Source of the DNA: Chiloscyllium plagiosum
Taxonomy: Eukaryota
Direction of reading: 5' to 3'
DNA: 32,452 nt
Assembly: GCF_004010195.1 (NCBI RefSeq)
Contig: NC_057757.1
Span: 3,903,763 to 3,936,214 of the forward strand
Position 1 is the stretch's first letter, and every line of letters starts with the position of its first letter. Shown piece after piece: positions 11,667 through 23,350 of the stretch. The notes under the pieces are model-generated. The model made no database searches. It had not been told where the DNA came from and was given only the letters and a program-made list of their open reading frames with translations. A program made the position numbers and the translations under genes.

Positions 11667-11887
11667 CGAGCTGGAAATGTGTTGCTGGAAAAGCGCAGCA
11701 GGTCAGGCAGCATCCAGTGAACAGGGGAATCGACGTTTCGGGCATAAGCCCTTCTTCAGGAATGAAGAAGGGCTTATGCCCGAAACGTCGATTCTCCTGT
11801 TCCCTGGATGCTGCCTGACCTGCTGCGCTTTTCCAGCAACACATTTCCAGCTCTGATCTCCAGCATCTGCAGACCTCACTTTCTCCT
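11667..11887. mobile_element. 221-bp Penelope-derived fold-back element with hammerhead core
   Basis: 12-bp TSD CATGGATAGGAA (11655-11666 / 11888-11899). 91-bp inverted arms 11668-11758 and 11763-11853 with 2 mismatches and a GGAA loop. Confidence 0.9.
11728..11763 (-). ncRNA. Minimal type I hammerhead ribozyme motif, core intact
   Basis: Minus strand reads AUUC-CUGAAGA-A-GGGC-UUAU-GCCC-GAAA-CG-UC^GAUU, fitting CUGANGA / stem II / GAAA / UH. Confidence 0.7.
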
Positions 11888-12230
11888 CATGGATAGGAAA
11901 GGTTTGGAGGGATGTGGGCCAAATGCAGGCAAGTGGGATGAGTTAGTTTGGGAAATGTGGTCAGCATGGACGAGTTGGACTGAAGGGTCTGTTTCCGTGC
12001 TATATGAGTCTCTGAGAAGATATTTCCGCCAGTGGGAGAGACTGGGACCCAAGGGCACAGCCTCAGGAGTGAAGGGATGGACTGAGATGAGGAGGAATTT
12101 CTTCAGCCAGAGGGTGGGGACTCTGTGGAACTGATGGCCACAGAGGGCTGTGGGGGCCAAGTCATTGAGTGTCTTTAAGATGGAGAGAGATGGGGTCCTG
12201 ATTGGTAAGGGGGGATGGAGGGTCACGGGG

Positions 12231-12730
12231 NNNNNNNNNNNNNNNNNNNNNNNNNNNNNNNNNNNNNNNNNNNNNNNNNNNNNNNNNNNNNNNNNNNNNN
12301 NNNNNNNNNNNNNNNNNNNNNNNNNNNNNNNNNNNNNNNNNNNNNNNNNNNNNNNNNNNNNNNNNNNNNNNNNNNNNNNNNNNNNNNNNNNNNNNNNNNN
12401 NNNNNNNNNNNNNNNNNNNNNNNNNNNNNNNNNNNNNNNNNNNNNNNNNNNNNNNNNNNNNNNNNNNNNNNNNNNNNNNNNNNNNNNNNNNNNNNNNNNN
12501 NNNNNNNNNNNNNNNNNNNNNNNNNNNNNNNNNNNNNNNNNNNNNNNNNNNNNNNNNNNNNNNNNNNNNNNNNNNNNNNNNNNNNNNNNNNNNNNNNNNN
12601 NNNNNNNNNNNNNNNNNNNNNNNNNNNNNNNNNNNNNNNNNNNNNNNNNNNNNNNNNNNNNNNNNNNNNNNNNNNNNNNNNNNNNNNNNNNNNNNNNNNN
12701 NNNNNNNNNNNNNNNNNNNNNNNNNNNNNN
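12231..12730. other. Scaffold gap of exactly 500 N (probably an unsized join)
   Basis: Round-number N run that separates the minus-strand leader+V exons from the plus-strand TM/cytoplasmic exons. Confidence 0.95.
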
Positions 12731-13832
12731 AGTAAATTTGCAGATGACACTAAGGTCGGTAGAGTTGTGGGGAGTGATGAAAGATGTTTTAGGTTACAGA
12801 GGGACATAGATAAGCTGCAGAGCTGGGCTGAGAGGTGGCAAATGGAGTTTAATGCGGAAAAGTGTGAGGTGATTCACTTTGGAAGAAACAACAGGAATGC
12901 AGAGTACTCGGCTAATGGTAAACTTCTTGGTAGTGGAGATCAGCAGAGAGATCTTGGTATCCATATACTAGATCCTTGAAAGTTGCCACCCAGGTTGATA
13001 GGGTTATTAAGAATGGAAATGTGTTGCTGGAAAATCACTTTGGAAGAAACAACAGGAATGCAGAGTACTCGGCTAATGGTAAGCTTCTTGGTAGTGGAGA
13101 TCAGCAGAGAGATCTTGGTATCCATATACATAGATCCTTGAAAGTTGCCACCCAGGTTGATAGGGTTATTAAGAATGGAAATGTGTTGCTGGAAAAGCGC
13201 AGCAGGTCAGGTTATTAAGAAGGCATACAGTATGTTAGCTCTTATTGGTAAAAGGATTGAGTTTCAGAACCATGAGGTTATGCTGCAGCTGTACAAAACT
13301 GTGGTGCGGCCACACTTGGAGCTTTGCATACAGTTCTGGTCACCGCATTATAGGAAGGATGTGGAAGCTTTGGAAAGGGTTCAGAGGAGGTTTACCAGGA
13401 TGTTGTTCAGTATAGGGGGAAGGTCTGAGGGACTTGAGGTTGTTTTCATTACAGAGAAGAAGGTTGAGAGGTGACTTAATTGAGACATATGCAATAATCA
13501 GAGGGTTAGATAGGGTGGACAGAGAGAGTCTTTTTCCTCAGATGGTGATGGCCAGCATAAGGGGGCATAGCTTTAAATTGAGGGGTGATAGATATAGGAC
13601 AGATGTCAGAGGTAGGTTCTTTATTCAGAGAGTAGTGAGGGTATGGAATGCCCTGCCTGCAACAGTAGTAGACTCGCCATCTTTAAGGGCATTTAAATGG
13701 TCATTGGATAGACATATGGATGAGAATGGAATAGTGTAGGTTAGATGGGCTTCAGATTGGTTCCACAGGTTGGCGCAACATCGAGGGCTGAAAGGCCTGT
13801 TCTGTGCTGTGATGTTCTATATTTGATGTTCT
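12731..13832 (+). mobile_element. CR1/HER1-type LINE 3' portion with ~160-bp tandem duplication
   Basis: SKFADDTKVG...WAERWQMEFNAEKCEV...VRPHLE.CIQFWSPHY...FFIQRVVRVWNALP; very similar to 6620-7500. Confidence 0.95.
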
Positions 13833-13885
13833 CTGTAACCCCTTGAACCTTCCCTCCAACACCTGCCCTGTGTCCTGGCCCTCAG

Positions 13886-14425
13886 TGTCACCTCAATGGT
13901 TAAGGCTGCAACATGGGAACCATGCAATGGCTCCATCGAACCAAGAAACTATTCAGGATGATAGGGTTATTAACGTGTCACAAAACCTCAAAGGAAGTCT
14001 GGTATCCCGCTGCGTGTGCCATATTACTGCAGAGGGTGTTTACAAGAATGGCCCCTGGAGTGTGGAGAATGTGGTGGCCGAGTGGTATTAGATTAGATTC
14101 CCTACAGTGTGGAAACAGTTCCTTCGGCCCAACAAGTCCACACCGACCCTCCGAAGAGTTACCCACCCAGACCCATTTCCCCCTGACTAATGCATCTAAC
14201 ACTACAGGCAATTTAGCATGGCCAATTCACCCTGACCTGCACATCTTTGGACTGTGGGAGGAAACCGGAGCACCTGGAGGAAACCCACGCAGACACGGGG
14301 AGAACGTGCAAACTCCACACAGACAGTCATCCAAGGCTGGAATTGAACGTGGATCGCTAGTGCTGTGAGGCAGTAGTGCTAACCACTGAGCCACTGTGCC
14401 AGGCTGTTTGTCCAGAGAGACCCAG
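13886..14425 (+). pseudogene. Decayed Ig V-set exon interrupted by an HE1 SINE
   Basis: Reads C(13886)HLNG*GCNMGTMQW, then DDRVINVSQNLKGSL, then YYC(14022-14030). Removing a 2-nt AG duplication and the SINE gives YYCRVFTRMAPGVWRMWWPSGTRLFVQRDP with phase-1 donor CAG|gtaatg at 14425/14426. Confidence 0.72.
14088..14400 (-). mobile_element. HE1-type V-SINE
   Basis: Reverse complement of the 8974-9283 SINE; tail TTAGATTAGATT at 14088, head GGCACAGTGGCTCAGTGG at 14400. Confidence 0.93.
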
Positions 14426-15282
14426 GTAATGTTCCAGGGAACCTGGCTTTGCAATCTTCCCAGAGCAGAGAGTGGAACTTGAATTCAATTTTTTTTTTAA
14501 ACAACCTGGAAATAATAGTCCCCTGTTGGCGATGAATCGAATTGTCAGAAAACTAATGTCCATCCCGGAAGGAAACTGCCATCCTTACCCAGTCTGGCCT
14601 ACACGTGACTCCAGACCCACAGTCATGTGGTTGGCTCTCAACAGCCCCCCAGGCAATTAGGGAGGGGCCTAGCCAGTGCCACCTTCACCTGGGAATCGTG
14701 ATCGGGAAAAGGGTGATTGGGAAATGGTCGAATTGTTACTCCCTTCCCAACCTCCTGTCCTTTCACGGGGAATCTGAAATAAAAATGGCAAGGCAATGGA
14801 AAATCTCAGCAGGTCTTTGGAGAGAGAGAGAGAGAGAGAGAGAGTTTAACATTTCCGTTCCGTCTATTTTAGAGCATAAATTCCGAAGAGTTACGTCAGA
14901 CTGGAAACGTTAACTCTTTCTTTCACCACAAACGGAGAAATATCAGTTAGGGTCAGAGTGAAGGTGAGGGTTAGGAGCACAAGTTAGGCCATTCGGTCCC
15001 TCAGGCCTATTCTGCTGTTCAATGGGATCATGGCTGATCATCCAACACTGTCCCTGTTTGTATTTGAACCCTCCATGCACTGACTGGTTGGGGCCTACAG
15101 GTGACTCCCATCCCACATCAACATGGCCGACTTCTGAATGACCCTCTGGAGTGTCTGCTGGCAGTTTGAGATGATGCCTTCCCAGGAATAAGTCTCAGCC
15201 TTTTCCAGAGGGTCTGGTATACCTGACAATGAACAGGTGGACAGGGAGGTCAGTAATTTTTCATTAAATACACATATTTGTG

Positions 15283-15872
15283 ATTTCTGAGAAGATTTGT
15301 AGCTCAGGGTGAGGTTCGGGTTGTAAGTTTGCTCGCTGAGCTGGAAGGTTTGTTCTCAGATGGTTCGTCACCATGCTAGGTAACATCATCAGTGAGGAGA
15401 CAGTGAAGTCTGCAAATGCTGGAGATCAGAGTTGAGAGTGTGTTGCTGGAAAAGCACAGCAGGTCAGGCAGCATCCAAGGAGCAGGAGGATCGATGTTTC
15501 GGGCCGGAGCCCTTCATTGGACATCATCAGTGAGCCTCCTGCGAAGCACTGGTGTTATGTTCAACTTTATGTGTCTTGGTCTGGTAAATTGGATGATATC
15601 ATTTCCTTATTCTCAGAGGTTGATAAATGGGGTCCAAATCGATGTGTTTATTGATGGAGTTCCGGTTTGAATGCCAGGCCTTTAGGAATTCCCGTGCATG
15701 TCTCTGTTAGCCTGTCCCAGGCTGGATGTGTTGTCCCAGTCAAAATGGTGTCCTCCTTCATCCGTATGTCAGGATACGAGTGACAGTGGGTCATGCCTTT
15801 TGGTGACTAGTTGATGTTCGTGTATCCTGGTGGCTAGTTTGCTGCCTGTCTGTCCGATGTAGTGTTTGCTGC
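15283..15872 (-). mobile_element. Penelope-like element fragment (GIY-YIG endonuclease + 3' terminal repeat with hammerhead remnant)
   Basis: KHYIGQTGSKLATRIHEHQLVTKRHDPLSLVS*H...HHFDWDN...INKHIDLDPIY. Downstream CUCA-CUGAUGA-U-GUUAC...GUGAC-GAACCAUC-UGAG at 15355-15396. Confidence 0.85.
15397..15520 (-). mobile_element. Single-arm copy of the short Penelope-derived element
   Basis: Same sequence family as 11667-11887; 14-bp TSD ACATCATCAGTGAG (15383-15396 / 15521-15534). Confidence 0.85.
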
Positions 15873-16712
15873 CATCCAGCAATATGTATTTATATTGACC
15901 CTGGGGACATGGATGTTGCTGACTGGTCCAGCATTTATTGCTCATCCCTAATTGCCCCTTGAGAAGGTGGTGGTGAGCTGCCTTCTTGAACCACTTGTGA
16001 CATTGCTGCCCCTTTAACAAGGTTCTTTTGTCTTTAGATTTTTTTCAAGGGGGTCGTAAAGGCAGACGTGCCGAAATGCCTGGAGTGGGCTACTTTAAAC
16101 AAGGGCATGGGAGTGGCCAGTACTTCCAGTTCAGATTGTTTTCTCGTCTGTTTTTTATTAGGAGGCAGTCAGAAACATCTGGTAGCAGAGACACTGCTAC
16201 TGTGAAAAAGGGTCCCATGTTTCAACAAATGTTTCTTGCCTGACTCTTCTCATTGCAATCTCTCCTGACTTTAAGAACCTGTGTTTGAATTTGCTGAGGG
16301 GTGTGTCGATCGTAAAACATAGAACGGTACAGGCCCTTCGGCCCTCGTTGTTATGCCTGCCTTTTATCCTACTCTAAGATCAGACTAACCGACATACCCT
16401 TCATTGTACTATCTTCCATGTGCCAATCCAAGAATCACTTAAATGTCCCTAATGTCTCTGACTCTACTGGTTCTGCCGGCAGTGCCTTCCACGCACCCAC
16501 CACGCTCCGAGTAAAGAACCTATCTCTGATATTTCCCCTAAACCTTCCTCTAATCACCTTAAAACTGTGCCCCCTCATTCCCGCCTTGGGAAAAAGTGTC
16601 TGGCTGTCCACTCTATCTATGCCTCTCAATATCTTGTACACCTCTATCAAGTCACCTCTCATCCTTCTTCGCTCCACTGAAAAAGATCTAGCTCCCTCAA
16701 CCGTTTTTGTAA

Positions 16713-17030
16713 GGCACGCCATGGTGGCACAGTGGTTAGCACTGCTGCCTCGCAGCGCCAGAGACCCGGGTTCATTTCCCATCTCAGGTGACTCTCTGTG
16801 TGGAGTTTGCACATGCTCCCCGTGTCTGCGTGGGTTTCCTCCGGGTTCTCCGGTTTCCTCCCACAATCCAAAAATGTTCAGCTTAGGTGAATTGGCCATG
16901 CTAAATTGCCCGTAGTGTTAGGTGAAGGGGTAAATGTAGGGGAATGGGTCTGGGTGGATTGTGCTTCAGCGGTTCGGTATGGACTTGTTGAGCTGAAGGG
17001 CCTGTTTCCACACTGTGAGTAATCTAATCT
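16713..17030 (+). mobile_element. HE1-type V-SINE nested in CR1
   Basis: tRNA-like head, V-domain and AATCTAATCT tail. Confidence 0.92.
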
Positions 17031-17440
17031 GAACATGCCGTCCGGTCCAGGCGACATCCTGGTAAATCTCCTCTGCACCCTCTCTAAAGCTTCCACATCT
17101 CTCATATAATGAGGCAACCAGAACTGAACACAATATTCTAAGTGTGGTCTAACCACGGCTTCATAGAGCTGCAGCGTAATCTTGTGGCTCTTAAACTCAA
17201 TCCCCTGCTATTGAAACTCAACACAATATACACCTTCTTAACAATCCGATCAACTAGGGTGGCAACTTTGAGGGATCTATGGACATGGACATTCGTCCAG
17301 ACTGCCAAGTGTTCTGCCTTTAACCCTGTATTCTGCATTCAAATTCAACCTTCCAAGATGAATGACTTCACACTTTTCCAGGTTGAGCTCCATCTGCCAC
17401 TTCTCAGCCCAGCTCTGCATCCTGTCAATGCCCGACTGAG

Positions 17441-17784
17441 TTAGCATCCCCAAATGTGGAAACAGGCCCTTTGGCCCAACAAATCCACATTGATCAAAGA
17501 GTAACCCACCCACATCCATTCCACTGCCCTTTATTTGCCCAATGCACCTAACCTACACATCCCTGAACAATATGGGCAGTTTAGCATGGCCCACTCACCT
17601 AACCTGCACATCCCTTAGCACAAAGGCAATTTAGCATGGACAATTCACCTAACCTGCACATCTTTGGATTGTGGGAGGAAACCCACGCAGACAGGGGAAA
17701 ATGTGCACACATCACATAGACAGTCGCCCAAGATCCCTGGCGCTGTGAGGCAGCAGTGCTAACCACTGAGCCACCGTGCCACCC
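17441..17784 (-). mobile_element. HE1-type V-SINE nested in CR1, with internal duplication
   Basis: Head GGGTGGCACGGTGGCTCAGTGG on minus; the TTTAGCATGG...CACCTAACCTGCACATC segment occurs twice. Confidence 0.88.
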
Positions 17785-18488
17785 ATCGCAACCTACAACA
17801 GCTCTCCACACTATCTACAACTCCACCAACCTTCGTGTCATTAGCAAACTTACTAACCCACCTTTCCACTTCCCCATCCAAGTCATTTATAAAAATCACA
17901 AAGAGCAGAGATCTCAGAACTGACCCCTGTGGAACACCTCTGTTCACCGAGCTCCAGGCTGAATACTTTCCATCTACCACCACCCTCTATCTTCTATGGG
18001 CCAGCCAATTCTGTATCCAGACAGACAGGTTCCCTATATTCCAAGCCTCCTTATTTTCTGAATGAGTATTCTTGGGATGTTGTGGGAATTGGAAAGGCTC
18101 CTTCGTTAAGTTGCGATTTCAAGTCAGTTGGGTTTTCAAATAGTGCAGTTATTGTAAATTCTCTTTTGTTTGTGTATTGCTTCAATAAATTCTGTTTTGC
18201 TTCAAGCTGGGTAGTATGACCAGCTGCATCACACCTGGACTATCCACGGCACATCTACCTTTAAAATATGACAAAGTTCAGGTCTGTTCCTAAAGTGGGC
18301 TCCGTTCCTAAAGTGTTTTGAGGAGGTCTGGCCTGGTCCATAACAGATTGCAAACTCTTGGCAGGATTTATTCGATAGTTCCAATTTGGGATTAGGGTGG
18401 TTGGACTCAAAGGCAGCGAGTGGTAGGTGTTATTGTCTTTTGTTCCGGATGTTGAATCCGGTTGGTTTAAACCCTGCTTGGGGGAGGA

Positions 18489-21400
18489 ATGGCTCTTTCG
18501 GTCGCTAAGAGTTTTTTGGGGGTGGAAGAGGTGACTTTGGGACCTTTACAAAAGGTGAACAAGGAAAAGCTTCTGGAATTGGTAGGCAAGTTGGAGTTGC
18601 CTTCATCCATGAGGAAAGGAGAGAACATTACAGCAACGGCTCAGCATTTCAAATTTGCTGGAAATGCCATCAGCATCTTTGGAAATGGCTAAAGTCCAGT
18701 TGAACATGAAGCAGCTTGAGTCACTGGCATAAGACAAAGGAAGAGAAATAGAAATCTCTGAAAGTTTTCTCTGAAAGTTGCCACCCAGGTAAATAGTGCG
18801 GTGAGGAAGGCATATGGCGTACTGGCTTTTATTGGTAGAGGAATTGAGTTCCGGAGCCCTGAGGTCATGATGCAGTTGTATAAGACCCTGGTACGGCCGC
18901 ATCTGGAATATTGTGTGCAGTTTTGGTCGCCATACTATAGAAAGGATGTGGAGGCACTGCCAGTAGCAGTGGTGGACTCTCCCTCTTTATGGGCATTTAA
19001 GCGGGCATTGGATAGGTATATGGAGGATAGTGGGTTAGTATAGGTTAGATGGGCTTGGATCGGTGCAACATCGAGGGCCAAAGGGCCTGTACTGCGCTGT
19101 ATTCTTCTATGTTCTATGTTCTAAATGAAATATGATTGGAAATAGAATAGTTTGACTTAAGAGAAAACGAACGCATCACCCGAACAGAACCAAAAGATAA
19201 ATAGTGAGAGGAAAGAGAGAAAGTGAGAGAAGAAAGGGAGAAAGAGAGGGAAATTGAACTTTGTGAATTGGCACTTAGCCAGGAAAATCAGCTTGAAAGG
19301 AAAAGGCAAGCTCAGGGAGGGAGAGAGTGAGGATGAGCAAACCCCTGGGAGCCGAAGGCCTGGTGGGGATCTGTTTCAATACATCCAAGCATTGCCTCAA
19401 TTTGATGAGAAGGATGTTAGAAGCCTTTTTCATCTCATCTGAGAAGGTGGCTAAACAAATGCAGTGGCCAGTGACCATGTGGGTTTTGTTGATCCAAACA
19501 AAGCTGGTAGGTAGAGCTACTGAGGTATTCACATCCCTATCAGAGGAGGTACCTGGGGATATGAGGAGGTGAAGAAAACCATCTTAAGTGCATATGAACT
19601 TGTGCCAGAAACTGACAGACAATGTTTTAGAAATCTAAGGACGGACCCTGGTCAAACCTATATTGAGTTTGAAATGATCAAAGTCATTTTGAGAAGTGGA
19701 GAAGGGCATTAAAAATGGAGGGAATCTATGATGCTCTTAGAGAGACAATTACCTTGGAAGATTCAAAAATTCACTTCCTGAGGTAGTGAGAGCCCCTGTG
19801 GAAGAGCAGAGAGTAAAAATGGTAAGATTAGCAGCTGAAATGGTTATGAGTTGGTTCATAAATCAAATTTTGGCTTCCAACATCAATTTGAATCCGTGAG
19901 GGATAGAAACTGGGGCAAAGAGAAATCCTCATGTGGAAAGGGAAAGGTAGCTCTCAGTGAAGATCATCAGGGTAACCTACCACAGGGTCAAAAGGAAACC
20001 CATGAAGGGGAAAGAGAAGTTAAACAGCTCTGGTGTTTTCACTGCCATGTGAAATCACAGTGTTAGTGAGTCTGGAAAAGCCAGATGTAGGAAACAGGAG
20101 AAGCCAGTGAATTCAGTTGGAGTGTTAACAGAAAGGACAGTGGGGGCTAGAAAGCTGCATCAGAATGTACAACCTGGTCAGAGGTTGGGTAAGGAGGAAG
20201 TGCTACATTGTCTTAAACCATTTATGTGCAAAGGTCAGGTTCACTCGCATAGGCCAGGAGCAGCAGGCAAAGAGGTTACACTATTAAGGGATATGGGATC
20301 ATGTCAATCTTTGATGTTGAGAGCTGAGGAGATATGTAACTCCAAAGGATTATTGCCAGAAAAAGTGCTAATACGTGGAACTCATGGTGAGACAAGAAGT
20401 GCTCAATTGTGTAGAGTGAGGTTACAGTGAAGAGTGGAGTCCGTCATGGTGGCAGGATTGGAAAAATTCTCAAATCCTGGAATACAATTTGTCCTTGCTA
20501 GCGATATAGCTGGGTCACATAGGAGTGCTGCCTACTGTGGTTGAAAAGCCAGTGGAAAATCAGGCAACTGAGATAGTACAGGAAAGATCTCCTGGGATTT
20601 TTTTCTGACTGTGTGGTAACGAGGTCACAAAGTCACCAGTCGGAACAAGAGGAGAAATCAAAGAATACAGATAAGAAAGTTGAAGTCGAATTATCAGAGA
20701 CCCTGGTTGATCAGATGGATGAGATGAAACAGGAACAGGTGGAGGACAACATGGATATCTTTAGCTCAGAGAAAGATGAAAAACTGAAGTGATTGTATCA
20801 AAAAGCATACTTGGACGAAGACTGTAGATGTATCCCAGTGTGCAACTATCATAAAAATGATGTCTTACTGAGGGAAATGGAAACCATCACATATTCAGGC
20901 AGATGGGAAATGGGCAGAAATTCATCAAGTCGTATTGCCAGTGGGTTATAGAAAGGAGGTATTGTGGGTCATGCATAAATTACCAGTAGGAGGTCATTTC
21001 GGGGTAGGAAAAACTCAAGCTAAAATATAAAAACATTTTTACTGGCCTGGACAGCTCAAGGATGTAGTTGTATTTTGCCCGACATGTCATGCACGTCAGG
21101 TAATTGGAAAAATGCAGGCATCTTTAATACCTATTCTTGCACTTGAGGAATGAGTTACAAGCATCCTACTTGATTTCACTGGACCCCTACTTAAAGCAAA
21201 AAGTTGGAATCAATATTTGTTAACAATAATGGATATGTCCACTCGAGTTTCAGAGGCCAATCCAATACATACTAAGAGTTACTCAAAGTTTTCACTTGAT
21301 ATCAATCCGATCAAAAGTCAAACTTTACATCAAAACTATTCAAGGAATTTATGGACAGCTTAGCAACAAAACAATTCAAATCCATTGCGAACATCCGGAA

Positions 21401-23350
21401 TCGTAGGGAGCATCAGACATTAAAGACCATGTTGAGGGCTTCTAGTCAAGACTATCCAGATGATGAGGATAGAGGAATTCCATTTGTGCTTTTTGCCATC
21501 AGAGATGCACCAAATGAATCGACCAAATGCAGAACATTTGAATTAGTTTTTTTTTGGCATGAGTGGACCACTAAAAATAATTAAGGAGAAATTGGTGAGT
21601 CAGAATTCAGCCACCATATGTTTGGTCTCTGTGTCAAATTTTCAGGAACAACTAAATAAAGTGAGGGAACTGGCTCAACAGCATTTAAAAATATCACAGC
21701 ATATGCCGAAACAGGAAGCAGACACGAAATTAAAAACTCGCAATTTTCCGGTTGGAGATAAAGTGCCAGTGTTACTACCAGTGACAGGTGCACATTTAAA
21801 AGCATAGCTTAGTAGACCTTATCAAGTCAAAAGGAGATTGAGTGAGGTGGACTATTTGATCAGGACTCGACAGAAATAAATCTCACAGAGTGTGTCATGA
21901 ATATGCTCAACAGATATTTTGACAGGGATGGAAAGCAAAAGGAGACTGTGCTACTGGTTACAACACAGAGGGAAGCACCAAGTTCGGAGGACTCTGAATT
22001 GGACATTCCTCAAACTAAATTAGACAATGAGGAAATTATCAAAAATTTGGAGAAATTATTGACTTACCTTCCAGAGGAAAACTTGCAAAGACTCAAAAGA
22101 GTTATTGTTATTGCATAGAGATATGTGGAAATAAACTAGGAAGTACTAACCCAATTATACACGATGTTGATATATGAAATTCTGTTTTGATTAAGCAACA
22201 TCTTTGAGACTTAACTCTCTAAATTTGGCAGAGGTTCAAAGAGATTGAACTCATGCCCCAAGACAACATAATCAAAGTGAGTTACAGTGTCTGGAGCTCA
22301 CCCATAATAATGGTGCCAAAACTGGATGGTACCCAATGGTGATGTGTTGGCTATCACAAAGTCAATGCAGTTACAAAGTCTGATTCATATCTGATTTCAC
22401 ATTTGGAAGACTGTATTGAAAAGGTGGGACAAGCAACTTCTATTTCTAAGTTGGGCTTACTCAGAGGATACTGGCAGGTACCTTTATTCGAAAGAGTGAA
22501 AGACAATTTTGCCTTTCGTTACGCCGAATGGACTGTACCAATTTAAAGTCATGTCATTTAGTGTGAAAAATGTGCTAGCCACATTTCAAATAACCAATCT
22601 GGTCATTTCTGGATTACCCAATTGTGTGGTATATATTGATGACCTGGTGATTTTTTTGTCACACACGGAAGGAAGATTTGCAACATTTATCAGAATTATT
22701 CGACTGGCTTCGCGGGGGCAGGCTTGGTGATAAACCTGGCCATGAGTGAACTTGCCAAAGCCCAAGTCACCTTCTGAGGCCATATTATCGAACATCAACA
22801 AATGGCCCCACAGAACATAAAACCAAAGGTTATTGGGGGGTTTTCCATACCATCAATCAAGAGAGCAGTACTATGATTCCTGGGATTGACTAGATTTTAT
22901 TGGAAACTTGTACCAAATTTTTGTAGGTGGCTGCTCCACACACTGAATTCTTAATAAAAGTAGGAAGTTTCAGTGGATACAGCTTGAGAGCTGTGTTAAT
23001 CACCACCCCAGTGTTAGCTACACTTAATTACACAAAGCCATTCAAGGTGGCTATTGATGTAAGTGATGTGGGTGTCGGTACTGTGCTCTTACAGGAAGAT
23101 GACGAGAAGAAATATCGACATTTGAAAAGGCGACTTTGAGCTTGGTGTTGGCGTTACAACATTTATGTTGCCAGCAATTTGCCTGAGACAATCATGTTTA
23201 CAGAGGATAACCCACTGAAGCTTTTGGAGAAATTTGAGGACAAAAATTCCAGACTGTTTAGATGGAATTTATTATTGCAACCATTCAATTTGAAAATTGT
23301 ACACGTGGCAAGGTGAAAAAACATGATTGCCAACACATTGTCAAGATTTG
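18489..23350 (+). pseudogene. Decayed gag-pol of element 2 in order gag/SCAN - Zn knuckle - PR - IN - RT - RNase H
   Basis: CFHC[del]HVKSQC ~20030; LLRDMGS ~20281; GGHFG..KT...FYWP...C.TC ~20990-21090; SDQKSNFTS ~21305; GDKVPV..RPYQV ~21750-21830; SSPIIMVPK ~22295; GYWQVP; YIDD 22632-22643; AIDVSDVGVGTVLLQ ~23050; RLFRWNLLLQPF, IANTLSR ~23250-23345. Confidence 0.92.
18768..19122 (+). mobile_element. Short, internally deleted CR1 3' end inserted in gag
   Basis: KAYGVLAFIGRGIEF...VRPHLEYCVQFWSP fused to LPVAVVDSPSL; tail (TTCTATG)n. Confidence 0.9.

Larger units (their letters stand above)
11295..12230 (+). mobile_element. Patchwork of CR1 3' fragments
   Basis: LVRPLLEY.V.LW, KIMRGMDKVN, NFFSQRVGTLWN motifs; runs into the N-gap. 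Confidence 0.8.
16307..18063 (-). mobile_element. CR1/HER1-type LINE inserted in the 5' LTR of element 2
   Basis: Minus-strand GVPQGSVL...FINDLD...SKFANDTK, VRPHLEYCVQFW, FFTRSVVGAWKALP. Confidence 0.93.

Noticed and set aside
11667-11887. MITE/DNA transposon or pre-miRNA
   Set aside because: The inverted repeat is asymmetric with a 34-nt one-sided tail, TSDs vary (12, 14, 15 bp), and single-arm and longer copies exist. This fits target-primed retrotransposition.
12150-12979. Long ORFs spanning N-runs (also 3121-3621)
   Set aside because: Artefacts of translating through gaps.
15101-15250. Possible decayed exon (cctacag|GDSHPTSTWPTSE*, with LECLL..FP..ISL..VWY in another frame) after the dead V
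   Set aside because: Stops in every frame and too few diagnostic residues to call an Ig C domain; only worth a TBLASTN.
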